A stretch of DNA of 36,973 bases. Source: Oscillospiraceae bacterium. Its GTDB lineage: Bacteria > Bacillota > Clostridia > Oscillospirales > Ruminococcaceae. Below, piece after piece: positions 1 through 7,540 of the stretch. The translations under genes were made by a program, and so were the position numbers. Location: the NCBI GenBank assembly GCA_017828835.1, contig JAGAEK010000066.1, forward strand, positions 1 to 36,973, given 5' to 3'. Numbering within the stretch: the stretch's first letter is position 1; the number at the start of each line of letters is the position of its first letter. The notes beneath the pieces were generated by a model. The model was not told where the DNA came from. It saw only the letters and a program-made list of their open reading frames with translations, and did no database searches.

Positions 1-1
1 C

Positions 2-388
2 TGGATCGGCGGTGAAAACGACGTTGAAGCTGCCGATGATGAACTTTGCGAACTTGGTTCATTGTACGGAAGAATGCTGAACGATTTCGAAAACGAACTT
101 TTTGACGCACCTGTCGTTTTTCATAAAATCGTTTGCAAAGACAGAATGTCCGATCTGGACAAAAGTGGAAAATTCCTTGAAAATATGAACTTTATAAACA
201 GTACCTTCGAGAAACTCGAAAAGAAATATAAAAACGTAACCGTTTTCGATCCGACAAAAGCTCCTTACTATAAAAAAGACGTCAGGGGCAACGGAATTTT
301 CGGCGACGACGTTGTCCATTTTACAAAAGAAATGAATTTTTGGAAAGCAGAACAAATAATCGAAGAATATCTCGGCAGAGGTAAATAA
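2..388 (+). CDS. C-terminal fragment of a hypothetical protein (possibly an SGNH/GDSL-type hydrolase); the 5' end lies outside the window
   Basis: The frame of the 62..388 ORF stays open back to base 2 (WIGGENDVEAADDELCELGSLYGRM...), so the gene starts upstream of the window. The C-terminal 'GDDVVHF' resembles the DxxH block of SGNH hydrolases. No other motif was recognised. Confidence 0.5.
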   Translation, partial: WIGGENDVEAADDELCELGSLYGRMLNDFENELFDAPVVFHKIVCKDRMSDLDKSGKFLENMNFINSTFEKLEKKYKNVTVFDPTKAPYYKKDVRGNGIFGDDVVHFTKEMNFWKAEQIIEEYLGRGK

Positions 389-408
389 GTCATAGGGAGC
401 GATTGAAC

Positions 409-1959
409 ATGTTTTCGACAGTACTGAGTCTGGGCGTTTTCGGAATGGATTCATACGAGATCAGGGTTGAGACCGATATTTCAACCGGTATGCCTACGTT
501 TGACATCGTCGGTTTGCCTGACACTGCCGTAAAAGAGTCGAAAGACAGAGTGCGTTCTGCAATAAAAAATAATGATTATACTTTCCCTGTCGGTAAAATC
601 GTTGTGAATCTCGCCCCCGCCGATACGAAAAAATCCGGTTCTGTTTACGACTTGCCGATACTCGTCGGAATACTTTCGGCTTCGGGACAGATCACGCCCC
701 CTGACCCGGACTGCGCTTTCATCGGCGAACTGTCGCTCGGAGGAGATATAAACCCCGTCAGCGGAACTCTGCCGATGGCAATAGAGGCTCAAAAAAGAGG
801 AATAAAACGGCTTTTCGTGCCGAAAGACAATTCTTACGAATGCTCGGTCGTTGACGGCATAGAGATCATTGCCGCCACAAGCGTTTCGGAAGTACTGGAT
901 ATTTTATCCGGTAAAAAGGAAGCCGTAAGAACGCTGTTCGAAGGCGGAGACGCTTTTGAAAAATACAGAAAAAACGTCGGTAAAGGCATCGGACTCGATT
1001 TTTCCGAGGTAAAAGGACAGCGCGCGGCGAAAAGAGCGCTTGAAGTTGCGGCTGCGGGAGGTCATAATCTTCTTATGATAGGCGCTCCCGGCTCGGGAAA
1101 AAGTATGCTCGCAAAAAGATTGCCGACGATACTTCCCGATATGTCAAGAGAAGAATGGATAGAATCGACAAAAATACATTCGGTAGCGGGATTGCTGACC
1201 AAGGACCACCCCATTATTACGGAAAGACCGTTCAGAAGCCCTCATCACACGGTGTCGGTAGTCGGGATCTCGGGCGGCGGCACCATGCCGAAACCAGGCG
1301 AGATATCGCTTGCGCATAACGGCGTTTTGTTCTTGGACGAGCTGCCGGAATTCGGCAGAAGCGCTCTTGAAGCACTTCGTCAGCCGCTTGAAGATAACTG
1401 CGTTACTATATCAAGGGCTTCGGGCAGAGTCTCGTATCCCTGCGACGTGATGTTCGTGGCGGCAATGAATCCTTGTCCCTGCGGATATTTCGGCCACCCG
1501 TCGAAAAAATGCAGTTGCAGTTCCGTATCGATCGAAAGATATCTGTCGCGTATCTCCGGACCGCTTCTCGACAGGATCGATATACACGTCGACGTCATGC
1601 CCGTTGAATACCGTCAGCTCACCGACGATAAAAAAGAAGAAACTTCCGCGGAAATAAAACAACGCGTAAACGCCGCAAGAGAAATACAGCGCAAAAGATA
1701 TGCCGGTTCGGGCATTTATTCCAACGCCAAAATCACTCCGGCGATGGAAAAGGAATTTTGCAGGACCGATAAAAAAGGAGATCTGCTGCTTGAAACGGCA
1801 TTTAACAAACTCGGATTTTCAGCCCGTGCTTACGATAAGATCATAAAAGTTTCAAGAACTATCGCGGATCTTGCCGGCAGCGAAGAGATACTTGCGGAAC
1901 ATATCGCCGAAGCGATACAGTACCGCTCACTCGACAGAAAATATTGGGCTAACAGATAA
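409..1959 (+). CDS. YifB/ComM-family Mg-chelatase-like AAA+ ATPase
   Basis: It has a Lon-protease-like N-terminal domain (VNLAPADTKKSGSVYDLPILVGIL), Walker A GAPGSGKS and Walker B VLFLDELPEF. A Cys-rich insert (NPCPCGYFGHPSKKCSC) and the C-terminal EAIQYRSLD are typical of this family. The ATG at 409 sits 9 nt after AGGGAG, whereas the TTG at 403 used by the ORF track is too close to the RBS. Confidence 0.9.
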   Translation: MFSTVLSLGVFGMDSYEIRVETDISTGMPTFDIVGLPDTAVKESKDRVRSAIKNNDYTFPVGKIVVNLAPADTKKSGSVYDLPILVGILSASGQITPPDPDCAFIGELSLGGDINPVSGTLPMAIEAQKRGIKRLFVPKDNSYECSVVDGIEIIAATSVSEVLDILSGKKEAVRTLFEGGDAFEKYRKNVGKGIGLDFSEVKGQRAAKRALEVAAAGGHNLLMIGAPGSGKSMLAKRLPTILPDMSREEWIESTKIHSVAGLLTKDHPIITERPFRSPHHTVSVVGISGGGTMPKPGEISLAHNGVLFLDELPEFGRSALEALRQPLEDNCVTISRASGRVSYPCDVMFVAAMNPCPCGYFGHPSKKCSCSSVSIERYLSRISGPLLDRIDIHVDVMPVEYRQLTDDKKEETSAEIKQRVNAAREIQRKRYAGSGIYSNAKITPAMEKEFCRTDKKGDLLLETAFNKLGFSARAYDKIIKVSRTIADLAGSEEILAEHIAEAIQYRSLDRKYWANR

Positions 1960-1963
1960 TTTC

Positions 1964-2022
1964 AAAAAGATAAAAACGCCGCCCGTTTGGAAAATCCAAA
2001 CGGGCGGCTGTTATTTTTATTT
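1964..2022. terminator. Bidirectional rho-independent terminator between convergent genes
   Basis: There is a perfect 14-bp stem, gccgcccgtttgga (1978-1991) paired with tccaaacgggcggc (1995-2008), and a 3-nt loop. An A-rich tract lies on the left and ttatttttatttt on the right. Confidence 0.75.
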
Positions 2023-3510
2023 TCAGCGATGATATAACTTTTTGGTCTTATATACCGGCTCGCAGGTAAGATTTACGCCGAGTTTGTGGAAAACGTTTTC
2101 ATCCACCCGGGAAAGTATCACGGTCGAATGCGCCTCGCAGCCCTTTAATTTCGGCAGCTGCTCGAGCGCTTTTGCCGCGATAGGATCCGATGCGGCGCAT
2201 ATTGCAAGCGCGATCAGCGTTTCATCTGTATGCAGGCATGGATTGTGGTTGCCCATATGAGATATTTTCAGACGCTGTATCGGTTCGATCACACTCGGAG
2301 AAATAAGCAGCTTACTATGCTCTATTCCCGCGAGATATTTGAGCGCATTCAGTAAAAGCGCGGAAGAAGCCCCGAGAAGCGGCGACGTTTTTCCGGTTAT
2401 GACCGTTCCGTCGTCAAGCTGCATGGCAACCGCCGGAGCCGAACCCGTAGCACGCGAACGTTCCAACGCGGCGTCCACGACAGGTCGGTCGGAAGACGAA
2501 ATATTCAGCTGGTTCATAAGAAGTTCAAGCTTGAATACCTCGGACTGAGACGACATCCCCTGGCGAAGAGAACAGCATGAAGAATAATAGCGCCGAATGA
2601 TCTCCTGTTTTGCGGCGGCACACACTACGGCGTCGTCCGTTATGCAGTAGCCGGACATATTGACTCCCATATCGGTAGGGCTGTTATAAGGCGACTTACC
2701 GCATATTCTGTCAAGCATAGTGTTCAGCACAGGGAATATCTCAATATCTCTGTTGTAGTTTACAGTGGTCTCTCCGTAAGCCTCAAGATGGAACGGGTCT
2801 ATCATATTTACGTCGTTGAGATCGGCCGTAGCCGCCTCGTAAGCGAGGTTTACGGGGTGTTTCAAAGGAAGATTCCAAATCGGGAACGTCTCAAATTTCG
2901 CATACCCCGCGGCGATCCCTTTTTTGTAATCATGATAAAGCTGCGATAAGCAAACCGCCATTTTCCCGCTTCCGGGTCCCGGCGCGGTAACGACGATAAG
3001 CGAACGCTCTGTTTCGATATAATCGTTTTTACCGAACCCCGCGTCGCTCACTATCAAAGGTACGTTTGCAGGATAATCTTTTATCGGATAATGACGGTAG
3101 ACTTTTATTCCCAAAGAGGAAAGCCTCTTCTGAAACGCCTCGGCGGCGGGTTGGGAATTATAATGAGTGATACAGACGCTTCCGACGAAAAGTCCGTACT
3201 CCCGAAAAGCATCGATCAAACGAAGCGCGTCAAGGTCATACGTGATTCCGAGATCTCCGCGGAGCTTGTTCTTTTCTATATCGTCAGCATTTATAACAAC
3301 AATGATCTCCGCTTTGTCGCGCAGATTCGCAAGCATCTTTATTTTGCTGTCGGGCTTGAATCCCGGCAGAACTCTTGCCGCATGGTAATCGTCAAAAAGT
3401 TTACCGCCGAACTCAAGATACAGCTTTCCGCCGAAACTTGAGATCCTTTCGAGTATTTTTTCAGACTGAAGCTTGAGATATTTGTCATTATCGAAACCTA
3501 TCTTGCCCAT
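2023..3510 (-). CDS. DUF1846 (UPF0371) family protein
   Basis: The N-terminus MGKIGFDNDKYLKLQSEKILERI...YLEFGGKLFDDYHAARVLPGF and the overall length (about 495 aa) match the conserved Firmicute DUF1846 family. I place the start at the ATG at 3510, preceded by GGAGGC. The longer track ORF reaching 3564 adds a hydrophobic extension with no RBS. Confidence 0.85.
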   Translation of the reverse strand: MGKIGFDNDKYLKLQSEKILERISSFGGKLYLEFGGKLFDDYHAARVLPGFKPDSKIKMLANLRDKAEIIVVINADDIEKNKLRGDLGITYDLDALRLIDAFREYGLFVGSVCITHYNSQPAAEAFQKRLSSLGIKVYRHYPIKDYPANVPLIVSDAGFGKNDYIETERSLIVVTAPGPGSGKMAVCLSQLYHDYKKGIAAGYAKFETFPIWNLPLKHPVNLAYEAATADLNDVNMIDPFHLEAYGETTVNYNRDIEIFPVLNTMLDRICGKSPYNSPTDMGVNMSGYCITDDAVVCAAAKQEIIRRYYSSCCSLRQGMSSQSEVFKLELLMNQLNISSSDRPVVDAALERSRATGSAPAVAMQLDDGTVITGKTSPLLGASSALLLNALKYLAGIEHSKLLISPSVIEPIQRLKISHMGNHNPCLHTDETLIALAICAASDPIAAKALEQLPKLKGCEAHSTVILSRVDENVFHKLGVNLTCEPVYKTKKLYHR

Positions 3511-3729
3511 AATGCCTCCAAAAACCATAAAAAAATAAAAGAACATCTTTGGAGATGCTCTCAAATAGCATTTTGAATAGGGAGCCCTTATAAGTATATC
3601 ACGAATAAAATATAAAAGGCAAGAGTGAAATTTTAAAAAAATAAAAGTTGTTAAAATTAAAACCCTCGCGCAGAGGGAGTTTTATTGGACAGGAGATGTT
3701 GTAATATAAAAATAAAGGAGGCGGCGTAA

Positions 3730-4107
3730 ATGGTAATAGGAATTATAGTGAGCATAATTTCCCTTGTAATCGGTTTTATATCTGCAAAAAACGGAAAGAA
3801 AGCCGGATGCGCTTGGATGACGGGAATCGTTGTCGGCGTCGGCGTGATTCTGTTCGGAGATAAAAATGCCGATAATTTTATAGGACTGATGTCCGCATTT
3901 CTGACAGTTGCTGCTGCTTGTGCGATATTTTTCATGCAAAAAGAAAGATTGAAACCCAAGATCGAGTATGAATATGAAGAAGAATGCGTAGTCGTCTCCT
4001 TTCCAAAAGTTTCGGAAGTATCAAACCGCGATGAGAACGCTCTACGGAACAGCCGTACACCGTACGCTCAAGGGACGGTAACATTTTTTGAAAGAACGAT
4101 TTCCTGA
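3730..4107 (+). CDS. Small membrane protein, hypothetical
   Basis: A strong RBS (AAAGGAGG) lies 8 nt upstream of the ATG. Three predicted hydrophobic helices are followed by an acidic cytoplasmic tail. No family was recognised. Confidence 0.6.
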   Translation: MVIGIIVSIISLVIGFISAKNGKKAGCAWMTGIVVGVGVILFGDKNADNFIGLMSAFLTVAAACAIFFMQKERLKPKIEYEYEEECVVVSFPKVSEVSNRDENALRNSRTPYAQGTVTFFERTIS

Positions 4108-4136
4108 AACAATTTCATAAAAAAGAAAAATAATAC

Positions 4137-4165
4137 TTGATTATTGATCCAAAAGCGTTTATAAT
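4137..4165 (+). promoter_or_regulatory. Sigma-A-type promoter for the tRNA-Leu gene
   Basis: TTGATT (4137-4142), a 17-nt spacer and TATAAT (4160-4165). The tRNA 5' end is 11 nt downstream of the -10 box. Confidence 0.5.
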
Positions 4166-4175
4166 AATCAAGTAC

Positions 4176-4263
4176 GCCGGTGTGATGGAATTGGCAGACG
4201 TGCTGGACTCAAAATCCAGTGGACTAATCATCCGTGCGGGTTCGACCCCCGCCACCGGCACCA
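4176..4263 (+). tRNA. tRNA-Leu (anticodon CAA), class II with long variable arm, CCA encoded
   Basis: The acceptor stem GCCGGTG pairs with CACCGGC. The anticodon stem CTGGA/TCCAG has loop CTCAAAA, giving anticodon CAA at 4210-4212. A long variable arm, a T arm (GCGGG-TTCGACC-CCCGC), discriminator A and a 3' CCA are all present. Confidence 0.95.
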
Positions 4264-4264
4264 T

Positions 4265-4304
4265 CCCGGAAGTCCTTGTAAATCAAGGCTTCCGGGCTTT
4301 TTTT
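4265..4304 (+). terminator. Rho-independent terminator after tRNA-Leu
   Basis: The hairpin cccggaag(t)ccttg ... caaggcttccggg is followed by ctttttttat. Confidence 0.75.
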
Positions 4305-4424
4305 ATGCCTGACTGCAAAACCGGAGATTTCACGTTTATCCGGTCGTTTCGGATTTTCGACCTCCACGACCTCGTATATTTACTTCGGAAATCAACCCTT
4401 GTTTGCTTGTGTGGACGCCACTTT

Positions 4425-5609
4425 TCAGCGTCCGTTCATTTTCTTACCGATCGCGCATGGCAGAGTAACGCGCCCGTTTGCATCCGGAAACGGTGTGAGA
4501 TCGTCGTCACGTACTGCATCGCGATCTTTTTTCTTTTTAAAATCAGGGATATAAAAGGTCTTTCCGTCCTCCATGCAGCTGCGCCAGCCGAGTATGGCAA
4601 CGGCAGACATTGCGACGCCGCGATAAACGTTGAAGAACGGCTCCGTTCCCTTCGTCAGATACTGTATGAAATTCCAAACCATCCAGAAATCTCCGCCGCC
4701 GTGTCCCGCTTTTTCCGCGAGCTCCGCATTTGCGGGCCATTCGGGGGTATAGGTCCTTTCCTGTTCTTCTCCCTCCGGAACCAGCCAAGGTTGATAGGTC
4801 AGGTTTATTTGGGCGCCGCCGAGCGACCGTCCGTTCTCGCAGCAGCCGTTCTCACCGACAAACCGGTATCCGCTGTGGGAAGCCATCGCTGTGCAGCCAG
4901 TACAACGGAAGAGCGCGCCGTCGTCGGTTATGACGTTCATCATTGCAAGCGCGTCGTAGTTATGGCGGAAATCGTCGTACTGTTCAAGCACGTCCGAATG
5001 GACGGCGAAAGCGTTGACCTTGACCGGCATCTCTCCCGTAACGTGCATAAGCGGACCGAGTGCATGCGTAACGTAGTAGGTCCGGGGCATCCACGAGCGC
5101 CAGTGGTATTTGCCGGGCGCAAGAGACATCAGTCCCTCCCGCGTTAAAGTGTGGTTATATTCGCCCTCTGCGTACAGTATCCGACCGAGTTTTCCTTCGC
5201 TTACGATACGTTTCATTTCAAACATCGCGGCTCTGAACGGATAATTCTCGGCGAGCATATACTTAACCCCGGTCCTTTCCGCGGTCTCCACGAGGCGGAC
5301 ACATCCGGCGAGCGTCGGAGATGATGTGCACTCAGAAAACACCGCAATTCCGCGTTCCATCGCCTGACACGCACAAACGTCATGTTCATGGAAATAATTG
5401 CAGAGAAGGACGGCGTCGAGCCCGCTGTCCAGCATTTCCTCATAATCCCGAAATTGCTTCGCTCCCGGGCAGCGTTCGCCCACGGATTTCAATTTTTCTT
5501 CGTCTTTTTCGCAAAGCGCGGTGATCTCCGCTTCCTCAAAGTCCTGCAAGATAGAAATAAAACTTGATCCTCTTCCAAGCCCGAAAATACCGAATCTGAG
5601 TTTTTTCAT
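4425..5609 (-). CDS. Gfo/Idh/MocA-family NAD(P)-dependent oxidoreductase
   Basis: The N-terminal Rossmann motif MKKLRFGIFGLGRGSSF, then ...LCEKDEEKL and DAVLLCNYFHEH, are typical of the family. GGAG lies upstream of the ATG. Confidence 0.9.
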   Translation of the reverse strand: MKKLRFGIFGLGRGSSFISILQDFEEAEITALCEKDEEKLKSVGERCPGAKQFRDYEEMLDSGLDAVLLCNYFHEHDVCACQAMERGIAVFSECTSSPTLAGCVRLVETAERTGVKYMLAENYPFRAAMFEMKRIVSEGKLGRILYAEGEYNHTLTREGLMSLAPGKYHWRSWMPRTYYVTHALGPLMHVTGEMPVKVNAFAVHSDVLEQYDDFRHNYDALAMMNVITDDGALFRCTGCTAMASHSGYRFVGENGCCENGRSLGGAQINLTYQPWLVPEGEEQERTYTPEWPANAELAEKAGHGGGDFWMVWNFIQYLTKGTEPFFNVYRGVAMSAVAILGWRSCMEDGKTFYIPDFKKKKDRDAVRDDDLTPFPDANGRVTLPCAIGKKMNGR

Positions 5610-5911
5610 ACGTATTATCTCCTTTGCGTAATAAAAAATTTCTTTCTGAATAAAGAAAAAGATATCCGAATTAGTGTACCCCCCGACAAATAACGGATTA
5701 CGGGATATTGCCGCCGTATGCGGCGCGTGATCCGGTCTCTTTCATTGAATTAATATAACATAGGAGACTATTTCTTACAATGTACTTAATCAACTAAATG
5801 TCCGTTCGGCTTTTAGATATTATATATAAATCAATTCATGTTTACGTTTTGATTTTGCCGGTCGTAGCGTCGGTCCATCAGCTTTTACCGACCGTGTGAT
5901 TTTTTTAACAC

Positions 5912-5940
5912 TTGCAAAACACGAATAAATGCGATAAAAT
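5912..5940 (+). promoter_or_regulatory. Candidate sigma-A promoter for the lipoprotein gene pair
   Basis: TTGCAA (5912-5917), a 17-nt spacer and TAAAAT (5935-5940), about 50 nt upstream of the ATG at 5990. Confidence 0.45.
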
Positions 5941-5989
5941 ATATTATGTCTTTAATTTAGTTGAAAAAATATATTTTGGGAGGTACATT

Positions 5990-6682
5990 ATGAAAAAATT
6001 ACTTACAGTAGTCCTTGCGCTTTTAATGATTGTCAGTTTAGTTGCCTGCGGCAAAACTAACAATAATAACAACAGCCAAGGCAGCAACAATTCTGCAAAC
6101 TCAACAGGCGATAACTCACAGTCCGGAAACAGTTCCGAAAACAGCCAGTCCGGGAATACAAATCCCGAGTCAGCCAAACTCACCGGCAAGCTCAATCTCA
6201 TCGAACTCGACGATCGGGATCCGTCCGTACTTCGCGGCGTGGTCATCAAAGGCAACTGTGCCGGCACCGGCGACGCCGACGGCTTCAACGAAAGAGAGTC
6301 CTCTCTGACCGACGTGCGCTGCATTTTCGAACTGAACGAATGGGTCTATTTCTACCCGGATACCGACGCAACCTACGGCATCAAGGTCTGGATCCTTAAA
6401 CACAGGGACGATCAGGAGTATTACAATACAGCTAAATTCTCCGAGCTCGATCCGAACTTTGCAAACTACTGCGATCTGCATTATCCCGAGGATGAAGAAA
6501 ATCCGGATGAGTGGTACTGGGGCAGCTTCTATCTGAATAAGGATGAATGCGAACCCGGCTATTACGATTTCGTTTTCACTTACGAAGGAAAAGCGATCGC
6601 CACTCTGCTGACCCGCTTCTATGGCGAAAATGAGCTCACCGTCAAATCCGACGCCGAGCTGGAAGCGCTGATGCACGAATGA
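5990..6682 (+). CDS. Hypothetical lipoprotein with an N/S/G/Q-rich linker
   Basis: The signal peptide MKKLLTVVLALLMIVSLVAC carries a lipobox (LVAC), followed by a low-complexity NNNNNSQGSNNSANSTGDNSQSGNSS linker. GGGAGG lies 7 nt before the ATG at 5990. The track ORF start at 5912 has no RBS. Confidence 0.8.
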   Translation: MKKLLTVVLALLMIVSLVACGKTNNNNNSQGSNNSANSTGDNSQSGNSSENSQSGNTNPESAKLTGKLNLIELDDRDPSVLRGVVIKGNCAGTGDADGFNERESSLTDVRCIFELNEWVYFYPDTDATYGIKVWILKHRDDQEYYNTAKFSELDPNFANYCDLHYPEDEENPDEWYWGSFYLNKDECEPGYYDFVFTYEGKAIATLLTRFYGENELTVKSDAELEALMHE

Positions 6683-7185
6683 TGAACGCCATGTTTGAAG
6701 AAAAGTTTATTAAACTTGTCGAGGAAAACGACGGCTTTGAGTTTTATCAGGCGTACCGCAACGACGTCGACCACGTGATCGGCGGCAAAGGCGATACCTA
6801 TTGGTACGTCATAATGAAAAAAGGCAAAGTCACTGAAGCCTATATAGGGAAAAACAAGGGCGGCGTCTGGGAAGACAAATATATAAAGGTCAGCGGTGCA
6901 AGCAAAAAGGAAAAGACTGTGCCTGCCGGCAACACGATCAAACTGATCTCCGAAAAGGCGTATCTGATGCAAAACGAGACTTGGGTCACGCGTCGCACTC
7001 CGAAACCTATCGAAGATGTGCACCCGCACTATCATTACGTTTACGGTTTCGGCGACAAAGGACTCGACGTATCTGTTCAGTACGGCGTGACCATCGCATA
7101 TTCCGATATCAAGGACGTAGATGCGGGTTTCCATTTGAGATACCTGTACACCGGCTCCGACGTAACGCTGCCGGACATCGATTAG
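6679..7185 (+). CDS. Hypothetical protein, translationally coupled to the upstream lipoprotein gene
   Basis: Its ATG overlaps the upstream stop codon (ATGA overlap at 6679-6682). The protein is 168 aa with no signal peptide and no recognisable motif. Confidence 0.7.
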   Translation: MMNAMFEEKFIKLVEENDGFEFYQAYRNDVDHVIGGKGDTYWYVIMKKGKVTEAYIGKNKGGVWEDKYIKVSGASKKEKTVPAGNTIKLISEKAYLMQNETWVTRRTPKPIEDVHPHYHYVYGFGDKGLDVSVQYGVTIAYSDIKDVDAGFHLRYLYTGSDVTLPDID

Positions 7186-7278
7186 AAATAACTTTCGCCT
7201 CCGGAACGAGCGGTATCACGATACTCCAGACTTGACGGAACGCGAAAAAATCTTTTGACCGTTTACAACCAAATGTAA

Positions 7279-7306
7279 AAGCACCCTCGCCGGGGTGCTT
7301 TTTTGT
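7279..7306 (+). terminator. Rho-independent terminator of the 5990..7185 gene pair
   Basis: The hairpin agcaccc-tcgcc-ggggtgct is followed by ttttttg. Confidence 0.7.
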
Positions 7307-7401
7307 TGTGCGAATATAATAAATTTATCAAATTTGGTTATTGCCTGTGAAAAGTAAGCTGAGAAAAATTTCATCGAAAATAAAAACGAATCAAAGAGAT
7401 A

Positions 7402-7449
7402 TAAATAAAATACGCCCGGATTCTTCGTTTCCGGGCGTATTATTTTTTT
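7402..7449. terminator. Bidirectional rho-independent terminator, serving the giant minus-strand gene
   Basis: The hairpin atacgcccgga-ttcttcgtt-tccgggcgtat (7410-7440) is flanked by aaataaaa on the left and tattttttt on the right. It lies about 100 nt downstream of the stop codon at 7541-7543. Confidence 0.7.
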
Positions 7450-7540
7450 GTCCGATCGCAGTCCCGTTACAGGACCGCGGTCAATCTGTCAGCAGAACAG
7501 GCCGCCGTTTCCGGCTGCTTGTTCTGCATCGGTCATGCAA

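Noticed and set aside
59-454. A 131-aa minus-strand ORF at the left edge
   Set aside because: It is antisense to the open-ended plus-strand CDS and overlaps the start of the YifB/ComM gene. It is hydrophobic and low-complexity, with no SD.
3511-3564. N-terminal extensions proposed by the ORF track (DUF1846 to 3564, lipoprotein from 5912, giant gene to 17521, trxA from 19310, SBP from 27846, feoA to 34844, AraC to 24838)
   Set aside because: In each case an internal ATG with a properly spaced GGAGG-type SD gives the canonical family N-terminus or signal peptide. The extensions have no RBS or run through promoter or terminator DNA.
3658-3686. A terminator-like hairpin aaaCCCTCgcgcaGAGGGagttttatt in the divergent region between the DUF1846 gene and the small membrane-protein gene
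   Set aside because: No plus-strand gene ends upstream of it, since the previous one already has the terminator at 1964-2022. The stem is only 5 bp. It may be an attenuator or chance, and the evidence is insufficient to call.
4176-4424. tRNA-Leu as an integration site for a genomic island (with the giant adhesin as cargo)
   Set aside because: There is no integrase, no direct repeat of the tRNA 3' end, and no mobility gene anywhere in the window. The flanking genes look like ordinary chromosomal genes.
4413-4433. An inverted repeat ggacgc...gcgtcc at the 3' end of the Gfo/Idh/MocA gene, as a possible terminator
   Set aside because: The stop codon lies in the loop and no T-tract follows on the minus strand. 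It is not a convincing intrinsic terminator.
4137-5147. A 336-aa plus-strand ORF spanning the tRNA-Leu gene and its terminator
   Set aside because: It reads through a perfectly folded tRNA and a terminator, and then runs antisense to the well-supported Gfo/Idh/MocA gene. It starts with TTG inside the tRNA promoter and is spurious.
7186-7540. A small minus-strand ORF (about 55 aa, MKFFSAYFSQAITKF...) between the two terminators
   Set aside because: It has no SD, runs straight through a terminator hairpin and has no features.
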